Below are positions 49,698-64,000 of a DNA stretch of 64,000 nt, in pieces; position 1 is the first letter of the stretch; each line of letters starts with the position of its first letter. The notes under the pieces are model-generated. The model did not search any database and was not told where the DNA came from. It worked only from the letters and a program-made list of their open reading frames with translations. The translations under genes were made by a program, and so were the position numbers. This stretch comes from Octopus sinensis (Eukaryota), in the NCBI RefSeq assembly GCF_006345805.1, contig NC_042999.1, forward strand, positions 40,300,001-40,364,000. Reading direction: 5' to 3'.

Positions 49698-49990
49698 ACT
49701 CTTTTACTTGTTTCAGCCATTTGACTGCGGTCATGTTGGAGCACGGCCTTTAGTCGAGCAAATCGAACCCAGGGTTTATTCTTTGTAAGCCTAGTACTTT
49801 TACTATCACTCACATTTGCCGAACCGCTATGTGACGGGACATAAACACACCAGCATCGGTTGTCAAGCGATGTTGGGGATACAAACGTACACACATACAT
49901 ACATACATGCATACATACATACATATATATATATTTATATACATACATATATATATACGACGGGCTTCTTTCAGTTTCTGTGTACCAAAT
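49698..49990 (-). mobile_element. SINE family D, 3' part
   Basis: cttgacaaccgatgctggtgtg..gtactaggcttacaaagaataaa..gcagtcaaatggctgaaacaagtaaaagagt. Confidence 0.85.
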
Positions 49991-50112
49991 CCATTCTGCG
50001 AGTTCCAATTCCGCCGAGATATTGGGCACTGGGATCGATGGAATCGAATATACCCCTCCCAACAAAATTCAGGCTTTGTACCTGCTGTAGAAAAGATTAT
50101 TGTTATTATTAA

Positions 50113-50216
<104 letters not shown>

Positions 50217-51354
50217 TGAAGTTGGCGAGCTGGCAGAATCGTGATTGCGCTGGGTGAAATGCTTAGCGGTATTTTGCCCTTCGCTACGTTCAAATTCCAG
50301 AGATTTTCTTTGCCTTTCATCTTTTCGGGGGTGAAAGGCAAATTAAGTTACCGGTGAAACTCTGCCTTTGTAGCAAAATTTGAAGCCATTATTATAATTA
50401 TTATGCTTATTTTTGTTATGACATGTCTTTGTTTTTGTCTCCCACAACCGTTTGACAACCGGCGTTGGACAGTTTATGTCCAAGTACGTAACCTTCGGGG
50501 CATAAGGGGCTGATGAAATATATGGCAGATTTAAAAGTAAATATTGCTTCGAATTGTTCGAATAAACACTCGAAGGTGTTGTTTCAGCATGGCCACAGTC
50601 CAGTGAGTGAAAGAATTGATAGCTAAACTATACCTGTCCTTTCTTTTGCACGTTGTATAACGTTTACAGAAATTATCTTTCCTACAATACTGATGTCCGA
50701 TTATTATGTGTCGTGGTACTTCATCTCTCGGTTCTATACTGCGCATGAGGTTTTCTTCACTGCCTTGTACGGTACCTATGTCAAGTTACAAAGAAAGAAA
50801 AGGAAATGCCGTAGAGTACGAAAGTAAAGAGGAAGTGACCGAAATAATTTATTGTTCAGAGCAGTGAAGGAGCTTTAAAGGAATCTTTTAGATGATGGTC
50901 TTAAAGGAGGTAATGCAACTATATAATGCGACATATATCCTATGTTATCTTCTCACGCGATTTAGTCTCTATTTGCCAGTAGGCTCCTGCTTTCCTGCTC
51001 TCGATTCGAAATAAATGTTCATAAATGAAGAATTTGTCTTAACCGTATTTTGTATACGTATATTTCTCTTCAATTTCATATTGCTTCTTTTCTTTAGTAG
51101 AATTAGATAATGTGTTCTTTTCTACAAACATTTACACATATCGTCAGATATATACATACATACATACATGTGTTTGTGTGTGTATGTGTGTGTGTGTGTG
51201 TGCGATGTATGTATTTTACGCTGCGCAGTTGCTGAAGGGGATGATTCGTGATGTCCGGTTAAGCAGGAGGAGAGCCGCAGCAGGCATAGAAACTACAGGC
51301 TCGAACCTAAGTGAATAACCTAATGCATGGGTAGTACTGACATTTTCCATGACC

Positions 51355-51966
51355 AACGGTTGAAAATTGTGGACGCCCAAACTGTGGAACCTGCCCCAAC
51401 CTTCTTGAAGGCTCGGATTTCCTTTTCAAACAAGGACAGAGGTTCACAATTAAAACTAGTTTCACCAGTGCCTCTGAGAACCTAATTTATGTAATAACCT
51501 GCTCGGGTTGCGGACACCAGTACATTGGACAAACGAGTATGACCTTGAGAAAGAGAATCACTCTACATAAGGAGCAAATCCGTTAACGCAATACAGACAA
51601 ATTCCTCTCAGTGAACATATAGAAAAATGTGCAGAAAACATCAAACCAAATTTCACAGTCTTCCCTTTCTACCAGTGCAAAGACGCAATCTCTCAACTAG
51701 AACCTTTAAATAAAGAAACTTTTTTCATTGAAAAATACAAAACAAGTTTTAATATGCACGTATAACCAACTTTTATGTTTTTCCATATTTCAATTCACGA
51801 TTACATCACTGTACATAAATCCACTACTAAACAAGGTTTTTAAAACCTGTTTCTGTTCTATACACATATATAATCCCCAGCCATTACCGAAAGCTGAACA
51901 GTTATCTCCCTTACCCACAACAATAACAATATTAATCTGAGGTTTACTCCGTTTTCAGATTATTTG
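51355..51966 (+). mobile_element. 5'-truncated Neptune-type PLE (GIY-YIG plus 3'UTR), relative of 36952-39524
   Basis: ENCGRPNCGTCPNLLEGSDFLFKQGQRF..NLIYVITCSGCGHQYIGQT..RITLHKEQI..SEHIEKC..FPFYQC..KETFFIEKYK; shared UTR motif ttatctcccttac; ends at (TA)n. Confidence 0.9.
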
Positions 51967-52018
51967 TATATATATATATATACAAATAATCTGAAAACGG
52001 AGAAAACCGCAGATTAAT
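51931..52018. repeat. 36 bp inverted repeat (2 mismatches) centred on (TA)8
   Basis: attaatctgaggtttactccgttttcagattatttg-(TA)8-caaataatctgaaaacggagaaaaccgcagattaat. Confidence 0.95.
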
Positions 52019-52087
52019 ACACACATCTTTTGGACTACATTTAATACACAGCATGACATAACACATAGGGGACATAACAAATCTTTC

Positions 52088-52290
52088 AGCTGGTAGAATC
52101 GTTAGCATGCGGGATGAAATGCTTAGCGATATTTCGCCTGTTGCTACGCTCTGAGTTCAAATTCCGCCGAGGCCGACTTTCACTTTCATCCTTTCGGGGT
52201 CGATTAATTAAGAACCAGATGAGTACTGCGGTCGATGTAATCGGCTTAACTCCTCCACAAAATTTCGGGCCTTGTGCATATAGTAGAAAT
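52088..52290 (+). mobile_element. SINE family A copy
   Basis: agctggtagaatcgttagca..gagttcaaattccgccgagg..cccacaaaatttcgggccttgtg. Confidence 0.85.
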
Positions 52291-52742
52291 ATTTGTATTT
52301 TACAGAGTGAATCAGGAGATATAAACCCAGACGCTTCATGTTGTTACATTTGTAGCTAGTCTGAAGAAACGATTAATAGATAATTTATTTATGAACTAGT
52401 AATATAACGCATTATGATGCTTGATAAAATCATTTGACTTAGAATTGAAACGATGGTCATATCATGTTTGTGTACATTTTTCTCTGCAATGAATGGACTC
52501 AACTCATAATTTGTGTATTTCAACTGAACTACATTTTGTAAGGAATGCTAGGTGCATTAAGTAGGCACTATCTGGTGATTTTATTCTCCATACAATTCGA
52601 TTGCCAAAATTTCGTGCCCGCCCGAAATGGTGAGAGATACACGCCTGGATTACCTAAATCCATATGTATATGAGACCTCGTGAGCACCGCCAGCATTTTT
52701 TTTTCCTCTGTCTTCCCTTCCCGGGATCTATCCTTCTCCTTT

Positions 52743-52777
52743 GTTTCCGACGAAGAGCTCCGCTCGAAACGTTAAGC
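52743..52777 (+). ncRNA. Minimal type I hammerhead, C4 variant
   Basis: GUUU-CCGACGA-a GAGC ucc GCUC-GAAA-CG-U-U-AAGC; ACGU palindrome; ~100 nt tail to (TA)n. Confidence 0.6.
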
Positions 52778-52995
52778 CTTCCTTCTTCCCTTCTTTCCTG
52801 AGCGTCCAATAATACTTTATTTGTTCCACGTCCTTGCGTTGCTGTGTTTTTTGTGTTTTCTTGTTTGGATTAACTGTATATATATGTATATATATATATA
52901 TATAGGGAGAATTCACGAAAAAAAAAAACAAAGGACGAAGACAGATGGTGTAGAAAACAAACAGATGTATTAGTATAACCCTCAGGAATTGAAAA

Positions 52996-53035
52996 AGTCT
53001 ATAATGTTTCGAGCCTACGCTCTTCCACAGAAAGG
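52996..53035 (-). ncRNA. Related minimal hammerhead-like motif, U6 variant, facing the same (TA)n
   Basis: CCUUU-CUGUGGA-a GAGC guag GCUC-GAAA-cauua; ~110 nt tail to (TA)n. Confidence 0.45.
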
Positions 53036-53096
53036 ATCACAGAAAGAAACAAGGAAAGAAAAAAATGTGTGTAGTGGCTGTAGTCATATATACTAA

Positions 53097-53169
<73 letters not shown>

Positions 53170-53529
53170 TATATGTGCGTGTGTGAGTGTGTGTGTGTGT
53201 GATTTTCTTTGTAGCTGATCGTGTTTTTGCGTCTACGTTTTCGGTTGATTGCTAGAAAAGAATAAATAAACAAGAATAAAAACGTTCAGTCAGCTTCCAT
53301 GCAGTACGTTTCTCTCCGAATCTAACTTGCACTGAAAGGAGAGATGTTGGGTCACATATGACTGCAACATTTAACTAAATATAGTTCTGAAAATACAACT
53401 CCAAAAATATCCACAACAATATTTAAGTGTTCTGCAGGCAACAAGACAAATTAGCAACACATTGAAAGCCATTTACCTGCACGAAAACAATTAATAGAAA
53501 TATCAATAGAAAACAACCAATGTTTCTTT

Positions 53530-56560
<3,031 letters not shown>

Positions 56561-56964
56561 TGAGAGCGTGTGTGCTAGACTTTCAGACTTATTGCTACAG
56601 GTACAGACATTGGTTTCAATACATATTCAACTATTAATGCGAAAGGATATAATTGCACAAATACATCTGCTTTTTGATACGGGCGTATAAGTTTCTATAT
56701 AAAGGAAAGTATATAAACCCACGTGCGTGTGTGCGATTGTGTGAGTGAGATAACTGTGTGTCTGGAAGTATATACACATACAAGTTCTCGAATATATATT
56801 TATGCAGTTCATCGTGTTTCTTCCCTTACATGTCAAATGAAACACTTTTGTTTCAAATTGTCCTTGTGGTATCTGGGATATTTATACGTATTTCTTGACA
56901 TTGGCTTCCGTGGCATATTTATAATGAATGATATCATGTATCATTATGTTACAATGCATAATGC

Positions 56965-57012
<48 letters not shown>

Positions 57013-60000
57013 GAAAAAGTAGTGCCTGTTTGGATATTTTTATGAATGCGTTTATATGTATATGCCTGTTTAACCAAACCGAATCATTAGGGAACACATA
57101 AGTTATCTGTAACTTAAAGCAATAATCTTCCCTGCTGATCTGTTTTATATGTATATATAACAGCAATAATTATAACGTGAGAGAATAAGGATACTAGAAC
57201 ATCTTCAAATTATATTACTTTACAATGTCCTACACCATATTCTTATGATTACGAAGTCCTACATGTGTTCCAACAGCACAGTACATGTAATTCTTTATTA
57301 ATTATATGTATTTCTTTATTCCGGCAGTACAGTATATGAACACTTGCATATGCAGCCGGGCCTAATTTTCAGTACAGCTTCGTTCATGGTCATTTAACCA
57401 GCTTGGGTCTGTGCAGTGGAAACATGTGTAGGTGTACGTAACCATAAATATATGCTGTATGATATTGTAAAATAAAAGAAAATGATATTTTCTGTCGTTA
57501 TAATTTTGGTAAATATACACTACAGACAACATTACCATACATTGGATCGAACATACAGTTACCCATCGGAAGAATTTACAGCGTGATTTACAGCTCCTGG
57601 CACTCATAGACATTAAATACAAATCGATGCATTCAGCCGTAACCTGGAGCATAACTGAAAGCTACCAGCGATCCACCTGCATAATATATCCCTCTAAACA
57701 CACCTCTCTCTCTCCCACTCTCTGTCTCTCTCTCTCTGTATACACACATACACACACACACACACACACGCGCATTTATATATGGATCGTTAAAGGCATG
57801 AAACTAGGTATTAGCCAATTTCGCTCGATAACTGACGAAATATTAGGGTTCTGGTGTCTGTCCTACGTGTACGCGTTGTGGCATTTAATGCCCCACTGCA
57901 AAATAGTTATCGTTCTGTTATCTATTTTATTCGAAATGTCTGAACTGCAGTTATGTAAAGGATCGCAATATATCGGAGCTTTTCTGCTCTATACAGGATC
58001 AGATTTATGTCATTTGAGAGTTTCTACAGAGACAGAAAATTTCGAAAGCATCAGGCCAACAATTTCGAAATAAAGAAGGTCACCTGGCAACATATGTTAT
58101 TATAATTACATAAAACGTTCCCCGCAAAAAATGGGAAACATTTAATAAATTATCTTATAATATGCCAACAAATTCCGTTTTTGTCTGTTGTCTCACTTAT
58201 AGCAAATTTAGTCTTGTAATAATTGTGGAAGATCTTTCTCAAAACAGCTTACAGAATTAACGACACAAAAGTGTTTGAAATCTGTCGACATCTCTTTGAT
58301 TACCGGAGTCACTATGGTGATATCTCTTGGGAACAGGTTCCTGTGCATACCATCAACAGCTGACAAATGTAGAATATCATTCATCCGCAATTACAAGCTA
58401 GGAAGAGACAGTAGTACAGAATGATACTAAAAGGCGGTGAAGTAATTTTGGTTGTATTTGATAAAGAATTGCTTCTAGCGGAAGATGTTAGCTGTCAGAT
58501 TGTAATACATGTGTAACGATTTTAAGACGTAATGAAAGGGATAAATCGTATGACTTCGAACTTTCGTTAACAATTTGTGAAAGCAAAGTAGTCATATTAC
58601 ATACTATTATAATGTGTATCATCTGACAGTTTTGTATTTTAGTGATTCATATTTCTATTAAAAACAGAATTCTTAAAAGATACTGGTTTGTTCTTATTAG
58701 AGAATAACTTAAGTCATAATTGAAAGAAGATTTACTACTGTTAGATATTTAACCACAGTAATACCAAAAACAAGATTAGTTCTTGGAAATGAAGCTTCAC
58801 ATATTTCAAACAGACATTTGTTCAGACGAAACTCTGCTGTAGAAATTGAGTTATGCATTCAGACTCGAAGCGTTTTTCTACGAATCATTAAATCAGAAAT
58901 TCATTCCGGTGATTAGTTTGTAACCAAATGTGGAATTGTCAATCGGGAAATTTGTGAGTTCAAATGCTGTTGCCTTCAGTTTTCTAGCCTTCTTAGAATT
59001 AACGAACGATTAGCCTTCGTAAATGACGATTCATCATTCAACAATTTACAAGATTATAATGACGAAAGTACATTTTCAATCACATCTTCATTATTGAATC
59101 ATGAATTTGCGAGAATAATCTTTCAAAAATTCTATAAAGACCAGAAATGTTACAACTCTAAAATAAATTTAATAGAAATGAATTTTGAACAACTGCCAGC
59201 GAAAGTGTGTTAATACGGCACTCATCAAAACAAGACCATTACTATTGGATCATAATGCCTTTGATCTCTTTCGCTAATACAGTGTATATATCTGTCCAAT
59301 TATCTTTAAGATGTTTCAGAAAACATCTTTTCAAATAAACGAAAGTAAAATAACTAATCTGCGGTAACCATTGTATTTCCTTTTGTTTTTATTACTGGTA
59401 AAAATCATGCCTTTTTCTATCCTAAGGTATTGTTTACTTACATAGCAGAAAAAAATTGAAATAAGTCTCAATGTAACTTTAGCTAAATCAGAGAGTAGTT
59501 CATTATTATATATCATTTAATGCAGTTCTATATTTAAGAGATGAGGAATTATGTACATTATTTACATTATTTACATTTGACGGATTTTTGTTCTCATGTT
59601 GTGATAACAACAAACAAGATGTGGACAAATATCAGTCAAATGTAAATAATGTATATATATATTATTTGCTAAACACTTTGATAAGGGGACAGACGATGTA
59701 TGGGGGAGAAAGAATTAAGTTTTTTTTTTGTTTTTGTTTTTGCTGATGTTTTTCCTAAGTTAGTCGATATGGAAACTCCAAAAACTTTCTGAAAAGTACT
59801 AAAGAATACGAAGTTCTTCATATCGTGCAAAATAATTATTTCCTTTGAGATATTTATAAAAACTGCAGTTATCTCATTTGAAAAAGTATTTCAGTCTCAC
59901 CGAGTCAATAATAGTACTAAGAAGCGTTATCACTTTGTCATTCTAGGTTACCCATCCTTTCTTAATCAACTTTGATAACAGTTTTCAAGGCTCTGACAGG

Positions 60001-60867
60001 GGAGTCAGATTTTAATTACCCAACCGATAAAACCTGAGTGCAAAAACATAAAATAAGGCAATATATATTTTGGTATATTTTTAGCTGATAGTTTAGTTTA
60101 GCAGATATGACAATATCTTGTGAAGATAACCAATTAATTGCTTCAATATTTCTCCAAGCTGATAAGGCATTTGATCTCATCATAATCACATATAAGATAG
60201 AATAATCCAATGTGTAACTAATGAAAAGTAAGCAAATCCATCCAACCTGCCGATATTCTTTCAACAAATTCCAATAATCGGAGTATGAGAATTAATCTAA
60301 ATACTTCTCTGGTTGACGATATTGTAGGTTATCTAAAGCACGTAATAGCCTTTGTAAGTTGCAGCATCAATTCTTGAACGAAAGACTACTTACTCCAGAA
60401 ATATGGGTATTTCCTACCTTAGTTTATGCACCTGAGAACTGGACGCCTCTTAAGTCACATTTATAACAGATACTTTATTCACACATTACAAGCGCAACAT
60501 ATATAGACACACGTGGAAGGATAGAGCATGTAATGTTGATCTGGTCAAGAATTATGATATTTCAGGAATTCAAGTTTTATTACCTAGTTTCAATTTGGGT
60601 TCATATAAGTTATATGATTTATATGCTCAAGATACATATAATTTATGAGATATATTTTCGTAAAACTTTTGATCACTGGAGGCGGGGAATTCATCAATGT
60701 ATATAAGCATCAAAGATTCAAAGTTAACTATAAAGATATTGTGTTGCCTTTCTTAGTTTAACAGTTCTATAATGGTTCGAGATAAATCATCTTTACAAAT
60801 AAAAGAAAGAAATTGATCTACACCCCGAACGCATTCTTATGAGGAAGCTATCTCTGTGCGAGATGGA

Positions 60868-61232
60868 TTACTCTTTTACTCTTTTGCTTGTTTCAGTCAT
60901 TTGACTGCGGCCATAATGGAGCACTGCCTTTATTCGAGCAAATCGACCCCAGGACTTATTCTTTGTAAGCCTAGTACTTATTCTATCAGTTTCTTTTGGC
61001 GAACCGCTAAGTGACGGGGACGTAAACACACTAGCATCGGTTGTCAAGCAATGTTTGGGGGACAAACAAAGACATACAAACACACACACACATATACATA
61101 CATATACATATATACGACGGGCTTCTTTCAGGCTATAGTAGAAGACACTAGACCAAAGTGCCACGCAGTGGGACTGAACTCGGAACCATGTGGTTGGTAA
61201 GCCAGCTACTTACCACACAGCCACTCCTGCGC
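60868..61232 (-). mobile_element. SINE family D, near full length with an internal core deletion
   Basis: gcaggagtggctgtgtggtaagtagc head to gaaacaagcaaaagagtaaaagagtaa tail; core segment seen at 36750-36800 is absent. Confidence 0.88.
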
Positions 61233-62284
61233 TTAAAACATGGAACCTATTAGGTGATAAAAAAAATGTTCTGAATGTTCATATTATTAGTCATGATCTT
61301 TAGTCATCTTTCTAAGAGTAATCCGCTTCTGGGTGGGTGATAGAATGTGAGTGACTTCTGTGGTTTTTGTAGGCATACGAAAAAGCTTTACTTTCAGGAA
61401 AGAAACAGAGTTATTGTTTACGAGGCAAGGTCTGAAATGCATTTTTGCCTGATCAAATAAAAACTTCCCTGGAGTGTTTCCAATGAGCAGTTCAAATGCG
61501 TACGCCAGAGCAAAAAAAACACACAATTATATGCGCCATTTGGGGATTAGTAATATGAACTTGTTCAACTATGGGAATTATGTTTGATTGCGGTGAGTAC
61601 AGCAATGTTATAGGTACTATTAGTTCTGGTAGTACTAGTAATTTCAAACTGTCATAAATAAAAACATCTCCGAAAAAAACTGGTCGACAAAACAAATTGA
61701 TTGTTTCTGATGAGATAAATGAACAGTGTATGATGTAGTCTGCTTGTTAGAAATTCCATGTGAGAAAAAATGGTTGGTTGTATAGGAATTTCAGGAAAAT
61801 TTTCCGCTGTGTCCCGAAGGTAAAAACGACTTCACGTATTTCAAAGCAAATGTTCTCAATCAAAATATTCCCTCAGAGGAATGGGAGATTAGCTTTTTCA
61901 GCTTTTGTTGTGGTTTTGTTTTCAAAGTTCATTACACTATTACAGAAATAGTTCAAACGATTTTTAGAAGGACATAACTGTTCAAGGACACTCAAAATCT
62001 CCTTAATGTTTGCACCAAGCAATAGAAATTTTGAACGATAGTATTCAATAATAGCTTCCATTAATAATAATAATGTTATTCAGGAACATCTGGTGGTGCA
62101 GATGTATTTCATTGGGTGATAAATAAATACAAATTGGGAAAATTTAACTTACTGTCTTGTAACTTTCTATTTCGAAGAGAGAAAAGCAGCCAGACGGAGG
62201 AAATATCTTCATTTATATAGAAGATCAAAAACAAAATTACAGATGACAAAAACAGAAGCGAACACCCAATCTGTATATATATAT

Positions 62285-62323
<39 letters not shown>

Positions 62324-62721
62324 CTAGCAGTATCGCTCGGCGTTGCTCGGGTTTGTAAGGGAAATAACTATATAAGCATTTTTAGAGAGTTATAGCAAAA
62401 AAATAGCAAAAAAATGCATTAAAAATGGAATAAAAAATTATGGTAATTTTTTTAAAAATCGTTGACTCATCGTAAACATTTTTAGAGAGTTACTTCCCTT
62501 ATATAATAGCGAAAAAATGCATTAAAATGGAAAAAATGATGGTAAGTTTTTTTTTTAAATCGTAGGATCATCGTAGACGCGCGCTAATACCCAGAAGGGC
62601 TCGATATGAATCACGACTATAAGATACCCGAATTTGGTTAAACTGCACCGCAAAATGTGGGGGTAGTTAGGAATCTAAATCGGAGTAGACAGACACACAA
62701 CCTTACTTTTATATATAAAGA
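62324..62721 (-). mobile_element. Non-autonomous Helitron (complete)
   Basis: Minus strand A|TCTTTATATATAAAAG ... cccgagcaacgccgagc (imperfect hairpin) gatactg CTAG|T: 5' TC, 3' CTAG, inserted at AT. Confidence 0.8.
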
Positions 62722-63728
62722 TTTGTGCAACAACTGAAACATTCGGTTGTGCAAATTGTTTGCACAGGAAACCTGCCCTGTGTGGCGGTTTTTGCCGTTT
62801 TTGTGGATCTGTTTCAGCTTTTTTAGCGATTTCTGTTTTGGCGACTTAAAGCCATGAAGTCGTTGTTCTAAAAGAACGCTGGTCTCCTTGACAACGCTTT
62901 ACGACGTTGATTTCCCTACCCTGCCTTCCCACAGCTTCACGAGGGAGGGAAGAAGGGGGAGCTACACAGGTGCAGGTGCGAGCATGAACGCCAACGCCGC
63001 CACCGACACACGAAAAAAATGGAAGAACCCAGACTACAGCTTCAGCCACCACCACCACCACCACTACGACCAACACCATCATCACTACCACCATCACCAT
63101 CACCACAACTACGCCCATGACCATCACCACCACCATCACGAAGACCACCACGACGACGACGACAACCATCATCATCACAACGACCACCACCACCACCATC
63201 AACACCACCCCCACCACCACCAACAACAACACCACCACCACTACCACCACAAACACGACGACCACCACGACCACGACCACTATCACCACTACCAGCACCA
63301 CCGCCACAATCGCTGCCACTACCACCGCCTCCACCACCACCATACTATGCCTCTGCTCTCTCCTTTTGGCTACTAAATCCATTACCATATTTCACAAGTA
63401 CCATCGCCATACAATATTGCCTTCAAGAGTTTGTGTTTGGATAATATTTTTTCAGTAAAAGTTGTGCAACAACTATAACATTCGGTTGTGCAAATTATTT
63501 GCACGGGAAACCTTCCCTGCGTGGCGTGTTTCCCGATTTTGTAGAATTTGCTTTCGAGCTTTCTTAGCCATTTCTGTTTTGGTGTCTTCAAGCAATGAAG
63601 TCGTTGTTCTAAAAGAACGCTGGTATCCCTGACAACGCTTTACGACGTTAATTTCCTTACACTCCCTTCCCCACAGCTTCACGAGGGAGGGAAGAAGGGG
63701 GAGAAGCAACACAGGTGCAGGTGTGAGC
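62722..63728 (+). repeat. ~260 bp diverged direct repeats (62722-62980 and 63462-63728) around a (CAC/CAT)n tract
   Basis: ttgtgcaacaact..cattcggttgtgcaaatt..gaagtcgttgttctaaaagaacgctgg..cccacagcttcacgagggagggaagaaggggg..acaggtgcaggtg present twice. Confidence 0.9.
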
Positions 63729-63729
63729 C

Positions 63730-63953
63730 CTTTATTAAAAAAATATGCGTTAAAATGGAAAAAAATTATGGTAAATTATTTTTAAAATCGTAGACTCATC
63801 GTAGACGTGCGCTAATACTCAGACGGGCTCGATATGAATCACGACTATAAGATACCCGAATTTGGTTAAACTGCACCTCAAAATGTGGGAGTAGTTAGGA
63901 ATCTAAATCGTAGGAGACAGACACTCACACGACTTCACTTTTATATATATAGA
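63730..63953 (-). mobile_element. Second Helitron 5' portion, same family
   Basis: Matches about 62505-62721 (gggctcgatatgaatcacgactataagatacccgaatttggttaaactgcac); lacks its own CTAG end. Confidence 0.8.
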
Positions 63954-64000
63954 TATATATATATATATATATTTATGTATGTATATATATATACATATAT

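Noticed and set aside
58208-58410. 60 aa minus ORF behind a strong acceptor; LVIADE*Y aminotransferase-like motif
   Set aside because: All three frames hit a stop within a few codons of the acceptor; the motif is too short to be significant.
61700-62080. Weak Penelope-like peptide (LPFL*GNI..VVF)
   Set aside because: No diagnostic RT or GIY-YIG motif recoverable.
62846-63458. His-rich / Thr-rich / Val-rich ORFs resembling metal-binding or mucin proteins
   Set aside because: All frames are open because of the cryptic (CAC) repeat; no splice signals or unique domain.

Overview
AT-rich, microsatellite-saturated eukaryotic DNA. The SINE families and repeat style look like an octopus/coleoid cephalopod genome; this is inferred from remembered families, not from a search. 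Almost all of the ORF track is translated simple repeat. The recognisable protein-coding content is transposon-derived: (1) a CR1-clade LINE with three frameshifts plus two 3' fragments; (2) a nearly intact Neptune-type Penelope-like element (PLE; RT plus GIY-YIG), two further Neptune remnants and one degenerate Hydra-type PLE; (3) R4/Dong-type RLE-LINE ends sitting in (TAA)n; (4) a Tx1/L1 remnant; (5) a mariner end; (6) non-autonomous Helitrons; (7) at least four modular tRNA-derived SINE types. The most striking unexplained layer is about a dozen type I hammerhead-ribozyme (HHR)-like motifs. Most lie in short non-coding units wedged between (TA)n arrays, several form inverted pairs, several have variant catalytic cores, and one is cut off exactly at its predicted cleavage site. 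Two phase-compatible candidate exons of an unidentified minus-strand gene (24.4-26.0 kb) carry an in-frame UAG. Single-base slips in homopolymers and TA arrays suggest some frameshifts may be long-read assembly errors.
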